Source: a virus (Duplodnaviria; Caudoviricetes). Taken from it: DNA of 64,000 nt. Positions 25,064 through 35,133 of this stretch are shown here, piece after piece. Each line of letters starts with the position of its first letter. Position 1 is the first letter of the stretch. The DNA lies in the IMG/VR virus record IMGVR_UViG_3300021256_000056, positions 32,001 through 96,000 of that record. One strand, written 5' to 3'. The notes below the pieces were generated by a model. It was not told where the DNA came from. It was given only the letters and a program-made list of their open reading frames with translations, and ran no database searches. The position numbers were made by a program, and so were the translations under genes.

Positions 25064-26608
25064 TTACACTGTCCGTCTTTTTATGTATTGTTGAAGAGCT
25101 TCTTTTACCATAATTTTTACATCGTCTTCCTTAATATATATAGTTTCATTTACACTATTTGCTGCATAAGTTTTAAATTTTGCATCAATTACTTCATCGC
25201 TCCACTTAGGGAAGCGTTGTTTCATTTGTTGTTTAGCTTCTTCCTCGGTTGCGTTATTGATAGTGAAAGTTGTTGGCACACCTTGGCTCATAACCTTCAT
25301 TGTAAAAGTATAACGCTTGGGCTGTTGTGCCGCTTTTTGCTGGGCATACTGTAAATGTGGGTTGCCAGTATTTCCGTATAAAAATGACGCAAGGCTATCG
25401 AGTCGAAAATCGGCATTTGTTATTTCATCGTTATAAAGTACATTGAATTCTCCTTTTCTGACATCTGTTAAGATATTATCAAAATTATTAGTTAAATAAT
25501 TACTCGTTCCTTTATTAGGCTTGTGTCTTAATATTGCTCCGTCGTAAATCTCGCACCAGTCGGCATAACTAAATTTGTCCCGAGAATTCAATATATCTTC
25601 CTTTGCATCATACCATCCGTTGGTTGCAACAATTCTATATGCATATTTATATGTTTCTTTTAGTCTGGAGGAAGTGTATGGTTGATTATATTTCATCCTA
25701 AAAAGATACCATGGTGATTTCATTTCTTTTCCACTGGCTATAATTTCACGTTGATAGTCAACTTTAACATCTGGCAGCACACCTTCTATCGAATCTGAGG
25801 TTGTATAATAATATGCCCCAATGTTATTGACTCTGTGATATCTCTTTATATTTCCGTCGGTGGTTACACATAGTATAAGTCTTGCGATATTTGAAGCTGG
25901 GTTAGATTCATAATAACGTATGTAATCATCTGCTTTGTTTTGTGGCGGTATAATGTATCCATAATTAAATACCTTTCCTGTGCGTCTTCCAGTCTCGGGT
26001 GCAGAGAATTGTATTTTAAAGAATTTTATGCCCTTTGACGCCGCCCTGTTGAACTTTTCTTTCATTGCGTCCGTAAAATCCATCTGTTCCATCTGTTCAG
26101 CTTTGGCGATTCTTTCAACGGTGAAGAATTCATTAGATTTCAGGGATACTTGTTCCGCTATCCTCATAAAATCGGGCCCGTGGTGTATAAATTTTTGACG
26201 TGTTGCGGCGAAGAAACCGAAAACGTGCTGACGATAGTGGCACATCTCGTGCACCAATGTGCTTAAAGCTGCTTTTTCAGTCCAATTGTAATTGCCATTT
26301 AGCTGGATTTCGGGATTCATATAATATTCGAAATCCATTGGCTCCATGCTATCTTCCCCATCTATATAATATTGATAACCACTCCCCTCTCGGCTATAGG
26401 GAACCCACTTGTGTTTTACTTGCCAACTGGGCCTTACCTTAAACCATCCTAACGTGCGACCCTGACTTCCCTTACCAGTAGTAAAAAGTGTGAGCTTACA
26501 TTTAGGAAGTATACCATTAAAGAGAAGTTTGTTCATTTCATCAAACTTCTCGGCCATCCATTCTGGGGTAATGGTAATGAGGGTTTTATCGTCTACTTCG
26601 TTAAGCAT
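25064..26608 (-). CDS. SprT-like zinc metalloprotease domain protein
   Basis: TLVHEMCH..HGPDF motif. Confidence 0.8.
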   Translation of the reverse strand: MLNEVDDKTLITITPEWMAEKFDEMNKLLFNGILPKCKLTLFTTGKGSQGRTLGWFKVRPSWQVKHKWVPYSREGSGYQYYIDGEDSMEPMDFEYYMNPEIQLNGNYNWTEKAALSTLVHEMCHYRQHVFGFFAATRQKFIHHGPDFMRIAEQVSLKSNEFFTVERIAKAEQMEQMDFTDAMKEKFNRAASKGIKFFKIQFSAPETGRRTGKVFNYGYIIPPQNKADDYIRYYESNPASNIARLILCVTTDGNIKRYHRVNNIGAYYYTTSDSIEGVLPDVKVDYQREIIASGKEMKSPWYLFRMKYNQPYTSSRLKETYKYAYRIVATNGWYDAKEDILNSRDKFSYADWCEIYDGAILRHKPNKGTSNYLTNNFDNILTDVRKGEFNVLYNDEITNADFRLDSLASFLYGNTGNPHLQYAQQKAAQQPKRYTFTMKVMSQGVPTTFTINNATEEEAKQQMKQRFPKWSDEVIDAKFKTYAANSVNETIYIKEDDVKIMVKEALQQYIKRRTV

Positions 26609-26674
26609 TTATTATAAATAGGCAAATAAAAAGAAAAACCACCATTTACACTTGTGTGTATTTGGTGGTTTTTG

Positions 26675-27289
26675 TGGCCCAGGCGGGACTCGAACCCGCA
26701 CGGCCCTTGCGGGCCAGCAGATTTTCTTACCACTATAGCTTTCACTACCTAAACAACTTCGAACAATCGGGTTGGATTTTCAAGGCTTTATACCCCCAGG
26801 TTGTATAGTTTGTGGTCTGGACTGTATCTTAACCATATTGAAATCTTGCAAGTGTCATACGCATAGTAAACTATAAACATTATAGGTGGAGTCTCTCAGG
26901 TTCCGCTCTTCCTATAAGAGGCTATAGTCTGTTGCCGTAATTCTATTTCAACTTAGGCTCCTCCTGTATCTCGTCTCTACACACATACGTTGCGGGGATG
27001 TCCCGAAAACAAGGCTACTTGCTGCCCTCTGCTACCTTATTAGGGTAGATAGCGTTGCAATTACTTGTTCGTACTTGGCTCGGTATTACCAACAGCGTTA
27101 ATTTTCTCCACTCCATAGAATTCAACTCATTGGCAGTAATCTTCCAATGCTTCACATCTACTTCAACGCTTCCTTGAATTTTAACCTGCTAAGGTTTCAC
27201 CGAATTAGGGAGGTTCTACATCTCTTGTTTCCAAGAGCGCACTCAAATTTTCATTAAGTCTGCCGCGTATACCATTCCGCCACTAGGCC
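26675..27289 (-). tRNA. tRNA-Leu(UAA) split by group I intron
   Basis: Exons 27256-27289 and 26675-26725 join to gcaga-cttaaaa-tctgc. Confidence 0.92.
26726..27255 (-). mobile_element. group I intron after U34
   Basis: U/G splice boundaries; shared core. Confidence 0.9.
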
Positions 27290-27512
27290 ATAATTTAGTC
27301 TCATATTTAGAGGTATGGTAATTAGCTTTACGACCTGCGTTCATACTCGGTGGGGCGACCATGCCCACCTTTCTTACTGGCGACCCGCATCATTTCATCG
27401 GAGGTCAACATTGTGAATCAGCATTACCTGGTCTTCAACATTAGTATCTTCTTTCCGTCATTCGGAATCTTTTGCCAATCTCTAAACGTTTATTTTCAAA
27501 GAACTTCTTTTG

Positions 27513-28250
27513 TGGTCCCTGTAGGACTTGAACCTACGACCATCTGATTCGTACCACCATAGCTTTTACTACCAAAATTGATTACATGAACAAATCCTAA
27601 GTACCGTATCAGCCTTAAGCCGATTATGCCTACATTATGACCGTCCTACTATAACGGTGTAATCAGTCCTAACATTGCTTCATCCTATTAGGGCACTTTA
27701 ATTTTGTTTGTGGTCTGGACTGTCTCTTAACCATATTGAAATCTTGCAAGTAAGTATTGATGTTTCGAGCATCTACCTCGCTCTTATCGAGCGGATATTC
27801 CATTACCTTCGGAAAATACAATTTCAACTTAGGCTCCTCCTGTATCTCGTCTCTACACACTGTCTAAACAAATAATTGAAATGTAGCTTAGATGTTCTAT
27901 TCTGTAATTCAAACATCAACGACTTTTCATTACATTTCCAACTAACATCGTACCTACAGACGCGATGAATTCATTTGTTTTAACATTGGCTCGGTATTAG
28001 CATATTTGGACTGTCTTCTTACACATAGATTCTAAACGACTGCTATCATTACTGAAATTCAGTTAACTATGTACTACTGTTGACAATACACCAACTAATT
28101 TAGACGATTATCCGATATATTCCTGTACATCCAAACTATAGCTTTTACCGAATTAGGGAGGTTCTACATCCAAGGTTTCCCTTGGTGCACACAATTTCTT
28201 TTCAAAGAACTAATGAGTCAGGTGCTCTAACCAAACTGAGCTAAGGGACC
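27513..28250 (-). tRNA. tRNA-Ile2(CAU) split by group I intron
   Basis: Exons 28213-28250 and 27513-27549 join to ctga-ctcataa-tcag; ggtccct acceptor is ileX-like. Confidence 0.85.
27550..28212 (-). mobile_element. group I intron after U36
   Basis: U/G splice boundaries; shared core. Confidence 0.88.
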
Positions 28251-28298
28251 GTTATTGGTGATATCTAGCAAAAATCGTGCCAAAGTATCACCATTTTT

Positions 28299-28652
28299 TT
28301 AAGCGGCCTGTTTCTTTACCGTATTACCGCCGAAAATTCGGGTAATAGCATCAAAAATAGCCTTAATGCTCTCCCAGTCGTAAACACCATTTGCTGATGC
28401 GCCGACGATGAGACCACATACGCCACCAACCGCATAATCCCAGGCTCCGAGTCCAAAGGTGAGGCCGTTGAAGAATACAAACCCCTCTGCGCAAAGGACT
28501 GCTACAACCCAAGATACGATGTGCGCCACAGAAGGCTTTTCAATCTTGAAGAGGCCCTTGATGGCCGCGGTAAGAGTGCAGGTTGCTGCGATGATTGAAG
28601 GGATGACATAAGTCATCTGCTTAATCAAATCAATAACATTAATGTCAGTCAT
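28299..28652 (-). CDS. putative holin
   Basis: Small, 3 TM segments, GASANGVYD motif. Confidence 0.6.
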   Translation of the reverse strand: MTDINVIDLIKQMTYVIPSIIAATCTLTAAIKGLFKIEKPSVAHIVSWVVAVLCAEGFVFFNGLTFGLGAWDYAVGGVCGLIVGASANGVYDWESIKAIFDAITRIFGGNTVKKQAA

Positions 28653-28723
28653 AAATAATACTGTTTTTAAAATTTTATTATCGGTGTTGCAAAAATACGT
28701 TCTTTTTTTTTAAAAACCAAACA

Positions 28724-29083
28724 ATGATGACTATTTATAATAAACTATTCATCAAAATGACACAGGAAGAAATCGTAGCCTTCGTTGAGAGTAGCGTGCT
28801 TTATGGTGATAATGATATTAAAATCATGGATGGATACACTGTTTCCAAGAAGGATTATGATGCCATTTTAAAATGTATTTATGATTCACATCCTGATTCA
28901 CCCGTTTTAACAAACAGATGCTGGGGTAACATTAAGTGCGAGTGGGCAACACATAGCTTCCTATATAAACGTGGTTTATGGGTGTCCCACACTAAGGACG
29001 TTGATATTAATTATCCTTTGAGCGTTTTTGAAAAAATAGCTTACGCCATATTTGGCACAATATGTAAATGGTTAATAAAATAG
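28724..29083 (+). CDS. hypothetical protein
   Basis: ORF track. Confidence 0.65.
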   Translation: MMTIYNKLFIKMTQEEIVAFVESSVLYGDNDIKIMDGYTVSKKDYDAILKCIYDSHPDSPVLTNRCWGNIKCEWATHSFLYKRGLWVSHTKDVDINYPLSVFEKIAYAIFGTICKWLIK

Positions 29084-29099
29084 GAAAACATTATAAGTA

Positions 29100-29249
29100 A
29101 TGGCTTGTTCATGCAAACAATCGGGTAATCGTCAACCTGCAGGCGTAAAACAGGTTGTAAAAAGAGTGCCAACCAATAAAGAATTGGAGGCTCGCAGAAA
29201 ATCATCAACTACACCTCTTAAAAGAAACGTAGTGAGACGCCCTATTTAA
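29100..29249 (+). CDS. small basic protein (MACSCK...)
   Basis: 49-aa ORF by manual translation. Confidence 0.55.
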   Translation: MACSCKQSGNRQPAGVKQVVKRVPTNKELEARRKSSTTPLKRNVVRRPI

Positions 29250-30183
29250 GCGTCTCACCTTCTTTAATATATCCTCTTTCGATAAATTGCTGCTTCAATG
29301 AATCGGCAATTATTTTTATATCTGGGTGTGCGGGGCCAGTTGATTCATCACTTCTTTGCGCCAGGAAATGTTTCCAATCAGACAAATAAGCTGTATGAAC
29401 CATAACTGTATTCGTATCCAGAGGGAGAATTCTTCTTGCCCGTTGCGCTTTCCACCCGAATCTCTGTGTCAATTTAAGATAGCAGAACTCACAAAAGTCA
29501 TTAGCCATTACCCAGTAGTCTATGGGGTGTACTGATTCAACCAAATCATTGCCCATGAAATCTTGAAAAATATATTCAGCCCCGTTGGATTCCCTAAATC
29601 TCTTATAAGACTCTTGGATTGCTTCTTCGGTTATATCCTCATCGTTGGGAAGGCTAATGCTAATGTTATTTCCGAACTTGTCTTTGGAATAATTACAATA
29701 CCTTGTACTCCTTTGTCCTTTAGAGTTCTTTCGGTAGCGATTGATTTCGCTGGCAATCACAATCTGTGTGGCAAATTCAACACTAATTCTCAATTCATGT
29801 TTATCCTCTACGGGAGCGCAAATATACTGCAGGTCATCTAGCCAATTGTTATCAATTATAACCCTGTAGTTAGTAGTTACATAACAGAACGTATCCGATT
29901 CATAAGTTTTTACCCTGGAATATTCATTGTGTTTGTAACGACGATACCTATTGTGGTCATAATCTTCAGTAACTAAATCCCATTTAAGGTATATTGCATT
30001 ACATTCTACGGGTTCCCCGTGACCAGATTGTACAAGATTTTGTACAAATTCTGCTGTGTTGGCTTTGCCCATCTTGTCAGTCGAAGCGTAACAAGTACGG
30101 GCGGCGTATTCAGACATTTTAAGAGCCCCCTCAAGGGTGGGCTCTTGGTCAAGTATTCTTACTGATGGTTTTACTATTTGCAT
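29242..30183 (-). CDS. thyX: FAD-dependent thymidylate synthase
   Basis: ARTCY, GHGEPVE, EINRYR..QRSTRY, ARRILP, AHPDI. Confidence 0.88.
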   Translation of the reverse strand: MQIVKPSVRILDQEPTLEGALKMSEYAARTCYASTDKMGKANTAEFVQNLVQSGHGEPVECNAIYLKWDLVTEDYDHNRYRRYKHNEYSRVKTYESDTFCYVTTNYRVIIDNNWLDDLQYICAPVEDKHELRISVEFATQIVIASEINRYRKNSKGQRSTRYCNYSKDKFGNNISISLPNDEDITEEAIQESYKRFRESNGAEYIFQDFMGNDLVESVHPIDYWVMANDFCEFCYLKLTQRFGWKAQRARRILPLDTNTVMVHTAYLSDWKHFLAQRSDESTGPAHPDIKIIADSLKQQFIERGYIKEGETLK

Positions 30184-30185
30184 AA

Positions 30186-30866
30186 CTACTTCGTAGATTC
30201 AACCACATTATCAATAAGCCCAAATTCGAGTGCGTCCTTAGCGGTGAACCAATTGTCTCTATCTACTGCCTCTGCGATTTCTTCGATACTCTTTCCTGTG
30301 TTGTTCGCAAGGATTTCATTAAGTGTTTGCTGGAGTCTTTCAGAATGCTGAAGGTTGATTTTCATGTCAGCGAATACGCCTTCATTGTAACCCCTTAGCT
30401 GATGAATCATTATTTCGCCATGAGTAAGTGAGTTTCGCCTCCCCTTTGTACCAGATGAAAGGAGTACCGCTCCCATTGAGGCACACATACCAACACAATA
30501 GGTAGAAACATCGGGCTTTACATATTTCATGATATCATATATTGCCAAGCCGTCAATAACTGAACCTCCTGGACTATTGATGAAGAGTTTAACTTCCTCA
30601 TCGCCAACTGAATTTAGGTACATGAGCTGCGCCACAACAATATTCGCAACATCTTCGTCAATCGCAGTTCCAAGATACAGCACTCTGTCATAAAGTAAGC
30701 GTGAAAAGACGTCGAGTCCAATGACGTTCATCTCCCTCTCCTCCAAAATCATAGGGTTGATTCCCCCATAATTCTTGAAATTAAATTTATTATAGCCATT
30801 CAGGGTGTTAGTGCTGATTCCCTTTGATACTGCAAATTTTTCAAACTCGTTTAACTTTGTGTTCAT
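30186..30866 (-). CDS. clpP: ATP-dependent Clp protease proteolytic subunit
   Basis: FINSPGG, CASMG, MIHQ, DRDNW, FGLID. Confidence 0.95.
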   Translation of the reverse strand: MNTKLNEFEKFAVSKGISTNTLNGYNKFNFKNYGGINPMILEEREMNVIGLDVFSRLLYDRVLYLGTAIDEDVANIVVAQLMYLNSVGDEEVKLFINSPGGSVIDGLAIYDIMKYVKPDVSTYCVGMCASMGAVLLSSGTKGRRNSLTHGEIMIHQLRGYNEGVFADMKINLQHSERLQQTLNEILANNTGKSIEEIAEAVDRDNWFTAKDALEFGLIDNVVESTK

Positions 30867-30916
30867 GTTTATAAAATTTTTAACAAAAATACATACTAAA
30901 ATTGAGAAATCCAAAA

Positions 30917-31750
30917 CTAGTAGTTTAATAATTCTTCCTTATCTTCCTCAATATCCTTAATATCATTGATTTGAAATTTATAGAAAGCGTTATCAGGGTT
31001 CTCTACTTCTATGAATTCATAGGTATTTTCGTCCCCAAGTGTCCATAAAACAAATCCATGTTGAGTGATTGTTTCACCAAAATCCTTTTGTTTAATGCTG
31101 GAACAATATACAACCCTTACACCATTCTTCTTTATTTCTTGATACTTATGGATATGTCCAGCGATAACAAAATCCAGGCCCTTAAAGACGCCTGCGTCAA
31201 GGCCGTTTTCCGTAATTCTACCATTAAACGCGCTGGCTCCATTAACGTCTCCGTGTACTAATCCGATTAATTTTTTACCTGGATAACGAAGTTTTGCTTC
31301 CTCAATATCGGGGCGGTTGTAATCATTAAATATTGAATATAGACACCACACAATATTATCGTCTTCATATAATCCAGATTGATAATCCAGTGCTGCATCA
31401 AGATACGTTATATTTTCATAATCCCCTATCTGGAAGATTGGACTTATTGAATCAACTCTCTGTAAGTTATATAAGACAAGGTCATGGTTCCCCGCTATAA
31501 CAATTGTTTTACAGATTGAATTGAGTTCCCTTAAAAACCAGCCAACAGCAAGAAAGCTTTCATTGCTGGCATTTATTTTACTTTCAAAAATATCTCCACC
31601 GACGACAATTCTTACATTGTCGGGAGACTCCTCTTTTGAAACTATTTCTCTACATTTATCAAGAAATGTCGTTAGAACTTCCTGGAGGTCGGTAAGACCT
31701 TCGAGATTCCTAAAATGTATGTCCGCGCAAGCGATAATTTTTTTTACCAT
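30917..31750 (-). CDS. SbcD/Mre11/gp47-like nuclease
   Basis: ADIH, GGDIF, AGNHD, GHIH, QKDFGE. Confidence 0.85.
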   Translation of the reverse strand: MVKKIIACADIHFRNLEGLTDLQEVLTTFLDKCREIVSKEESPDNVRIVVGGDIFESKINASNESFLAVGWFLRELNSICKTIVIAGNHDLVLYNLQRVDSISPIFQIGDYENITYLDAALDYQSGLYEDDNIVWCLYSIFNDYNRPDIEEAKLRYPGKKLIGLVHGDVNGASAFNGRITENGLDAGVFKGLDFVIAGHIHKYQEIKKNGVRVVYCSSIKQKDFGETITQHGFVLWTLGDENTYEFIEVENPDNAFYKFQINDIKDIEEDKEELLNY

Positions 31751-31751
31751 A

Positions 31752-32765
31752 TTATATTATTAATTCAAAATCAGTAAATGTTCTTTGGTCTTGGAGGATT
31801 TCGATAATGGCTTCTTTCCCTCCAGCTTCATACGCTTCACCAAAGTCCTTATATTTGTCCATTCTAATGTAACGAATTTTCCCTTTCAATCTCCCCCAAT
31901 CAAGAATTTTATATATCCGTTTTGTTTCCTGTATTTGCGTATCGGCGTCCAAACATATAATAATATTGGCGTTGGCTTTCTCATATAGTTTTTGATATAG
32001 AGCGTCTTCTCTTTTTAGGGTTTTACCTAAAAGCGCGATTGTATTATTTCCGTATATACAATCAAGTGCACCTTCTACGAGTGTTATATCTGCATCCCAT
32101 AATATATGTGATTCCTGGAATACTATTTCGGTTTTCTTTACACCTTCGCAATTTTTGTACTTTTGGCGCATTTTGCTGCCTGTAAAGTCTCGCCCAACCC
32201 AATAATTTAAAGTTCCATCTTCGTTATAAGAGGGAACAATGATTCGATTTCTATCAATGGGCTTTTCTTCTTCCCAGTTTGTGTATCCAATCTTAAATTT
32301 ATCAATTATGTCCTGTGTGATTTTTCTTCCCTCCAAATACTCTCTAACTTGTTTCCTGCAAACTTTCAAATCGACTCTTTTATAAGAAAGCGGAAGATGG
32401 AGATATGTTTCTTCGGTACCATTGAAAAGGCTCTTGAATTCGGGAAGCTTATAAAGTTCATTGCTGCGCATTTGCGCTACAATTCCCTCGTATTCTCTTA
32501 AATATTCTCGACCACCGTACCTGAGAATTAACTTTTTAATGCTACCCTTCATGTCGTCATCTACGGTACAGCACGACCAACACTTGTAGATACCCTTTAG
32601 GACATTCACTTCAAGGTTATATTTTCCTACTTCATTATGCCCCTTTTCCTCAATGCATCGCGGACAATTGAACTGCAACTGACCATCATCGGTGACATCA
32701 TTCTTTGGTGCCCCGAGAAAACCTGTGAGTATGTCTTGTAATCTTCTTAACTCTGGTATCTGCAT
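31752..32765 (-). CDS. DNA primase (Zn finger plus TOPRIM)
   Basis: CPRC..CWSC, VEGALD, LDAD, KDFGE. Confidence 0.85.
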   Translation of the reverse strand: MQIPELRRLQDILTGFLGAPKNDVTDDGQLQFNCPRCIEEKGHNEVGKYNLEVNVLKGIYKCWSCCTVDDDMKGSIKKLILRYGGREYLREYEGIVAQMRSNELYKLPEFKSLFNGTEETYLHLPLSYKRVDLKVCRKQVREYLEGRKITQDIIDKFKIGYTNWEEEKPIDRNRIIVPSYNEDGTLNYWVGRDFTGSKMRQKYKNCEGVKKTEIVFQESHILWDADITLVEGALDCIYGNNTIALLGKTLKREDALYQKLYEKANANIIICLDADTQIQETKRIYKILDWGRLKGKIRYIRMDKYKDFGEAYEAGGKEAIIEILQDQRTFTDFELII

Positions 32766-32864
32766 TTCGAGGGCAAATATATACATTTTTTGATTAAAAA
32801 ACAAAAAACCCAAGAGTTTTACTCCTGGGCTTCCTGCTCTATAAAGAAGTTTTTGTTTAGGCTA

Positions 32865-35051
32865 TTAATAAGTACCGCAATCGATGATGGCACCAGTGAA
32901 GTCGAAAGTGATAACACCTGATGTCTCGTTTTTGGTTACACCGCTAATGCCAGAGAATACGACGTCCTGTACGGCACCGTCAGCGGTTGTCTTAACTGCT
33001 GCAAGTTGGTCTGCGACAGTAGATACTGACGTGAAGCCACTACCGAGTTTCTGGTTGATACTTGTAATATCGCTATTTGCAGATGCAATAGCCTTTTGAA
33101 CGGTGTTGGTTGAATCAAAGCCGCTGCCAAGTTTTGCGTCAACAGTGTTGATTGCTTGTTTAACATCGTATGCAATTGCTAAGCCATCAGTGTTTGCAGT
33201 TGCGGCTGCAAGTGTGGATGATTTAACAGACACACCAACGCTTTGAGTTCTGTTCGCGCTATCTCTTTTGCCGATAGTAACAGTGACATAGTCTCCGCTG
33301 GTTCCAGTTACAATACCATAGAGAACGTTAGCAAATAAGGTTGATGCGCTGGTCTCTAGATTGGAGATACTGGTGTCCTGTGCATTTTGTTTCTGGGTAT
33401 AAGTGGTGCTCGTCCATGTGGTGAAGGCATCGTTGGTCATAAATACCGAAGTATCAATGGTGCCAGCGAGAGGGTCCCATGCCGCACCGTCCCATGCATA
33501 GTTGGTTCCAGCAGGAACAGCTCCATGAGCGTTGCTTACATTCCATACATCCCCTTTTACATTGCCGCTTGCAGGAAGTTGTTCATAGGTGCAAGTGCCT
33601 TTGTAAACAAAGACTGAAGAGGTCTTGGTGTCAATATAGTTCTTAACAGCACCCTGGGTTGTATCAATACCAGAAAGCTGGTTCTTAACGGTTGACATGT
33701 CGCTAATGACACCGCTGGTCTGTGCTGAAACATAGCTCTGGACATCATAAGCAACAGCTAGACCATTATCACCAGAAGTTGCAGCAGACACATCCTTGGT
33801 CGTAACAGCCACACTAACAGCTTGGTTGTTATTTGCATCTTTTGTTCCTACTGTGGTGGTAACATATGAGCCATCGCTACCCTTTGAAATGGATTGAAGT
33901 GCAGTGTCTGATTTTGCGGAAACGGCGTCAATAGCAGCCTTAATTGTACTAGTTGAAGAATAACCTGAAACAGTACCTTTAAGTTCAGTAACGTCATCGG
34001 TAACACTCTTGAACTGCTGGGTTGCTGTATTATCACTTGTTACACCTTCGCCAAGTCTTGCTGCGAGGGCGTCTGCTTTACCATCAACATATGTTTTGAC
34101 ATCAGAAGCCTCTGCGAGACCCTTGTTGCTTGCAGATGCGGCGGCGACTGACTGGATGTCAGATGCGACAGTAATGGTTTGTGTGGTTCCTCCGTCTTTA
34201 GGACTAATTGTAAGTGATACGTAGTCATCGGGGGTTCCAGGGAGAACTTCGGTAAGGGTGCCGCTTGATAGACCGCTAACAACTTCTTGGAGTGTTGTGA
34301 TATCGTCCTCCGCTTCACCAACTCTTGCATCAAGAGCGGTACGTGCAGAAACTTCGGCGTCAACCTTTTGGTCAACAGTATCAATTGCTTTTGCTACAGT
34401 GTTTGTGGCATCAAAGCTTCCACCGATTTTATTGTTAATTGCAGTATCGGCATCGGCGCGTGCGCTGGTTTCGGCGGCAACTGCATTGCTAACTGCATCA
34501 ACGGCGCTCTTTATTGCACCAGCCCCACTGTAACCGCTGGTAACACTTTGTAGAGTGGAAACATTGGTTTCAACGGCACCAACTCTACTTTCAAGCCCCT
34601 CTATTGCAGTGTTGGCGGTGGTAATAGCGCTTCTAAGTGCATCGAACTGCTGGGTTGCTGTGTTAGAGCCTGTTACGCCTTCGCCAAGTCTTGCTGAGAG
34701 GGCTTCGTCAGCTTCTGCACGTGCGGTTGCTTCGGTTGTAACCGCATTTTTAGCCGTATTTACATCGGTTTTGATTGCGCCTTCGCCCGTGTAACCGCTG
34801 GTAACAGCCTTAAGTGCGGTGACGTCTGTAGTTATAGTACTGGTGGCGGCGGCAATTTTTGCGTCAACGGCGCTACTGTCAATAAAGTGTGCAAAAGTGG
34901 GGGTTTCGCCAGTCACGGTTGCAATGATAAGTTCAGGTTGGTTGACGTTGTGCTGAACGGCGATTTCGCCAAGTCTCAAACCTTCGGTTTCTACTGCACT
35001 GGGAAGAGCCGTTCCACTAGTATGCAGATGAACTAAATGTTGTCTTGCCAT
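32865..35051 (-). CDS. putative tail fibre/virion fibrous protein
   Basis: Ala/Thr-rich coiled-coil repeats, LGEIAV N-terminus, IDCGTY C-terminus. Confidence 0.7.
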   Translation of the reverse strand: MARQHLVHLHTSGTALPSAVETEGLRLGEIAVQHNVNQPELIIATVTGETPTFAHFIDSSAVDAKIAAATSTITTDVTALKAVTSGYTGEGAIKTDVNTAKNAVTTEATARAEADEALSARLGEGVTGSNTATQQFDALRSAITTANTAIEGLESRVGAVETNVSTLQSVTSGYSGAGAIKSAVDAVSNAVAAETSARADADTAINNKIGGSFDATNTVAKAIDTVDQKVDAEVSARTALDARVGEAEDDITTLQEVVSGLSSGTLTEVLPGTPDDYVSLTISPKDGGTTQTITVASDIQSVAAASASNKGLAEASDVKTYVDGKADALAARLGEGVTSDNTATQQFKSVTDDVTELKGTVSGYSSTSTIKAAIDAVSAKSDTALQSISKGSDGSYVTTTVGTKDANNNQAVSVAVTTKDVSAATSGDNGLAVAYDVQSYVSAQTSGVISDMSTVKNQLSGIDTTQGAVKNYIDTKTSSVFVYKGTCTYEQLPASGNVKGDVWNVSNAHGAVPAGTNYAWDGAAWDPLAGTIDTSVFMTNDAFTTWTSTTYTQKQNAQDTSISNLETSASTLFANVLYGIVTGTSGDYVTVTIGKRDSANRTQSVGVSVKSSTLAAATANTDGLAIAYDVKQAINTVDAKLGSGFDSTNTVQKAIASANSDITSINQKLGSGFTSVSTVADQLAAVKTTADGAVQDVVFSGISGVTKNETSGVITFDFTGAIIDCGTY

Positions 35052-35133
35052 AATTTAATTTGTCTTATTTTATTTAATTTATTTGTTTCATTTTGGTTTT
35101 AATATAAATAGTAAATGTTCTCGGAAAGTCAAA

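Noticed and set aside
29242-30183. ThyX RHR motif reads RYR; inactive enzyme considered
   Set aside because: Other motifs intact; a single substitution is insufficient evidence
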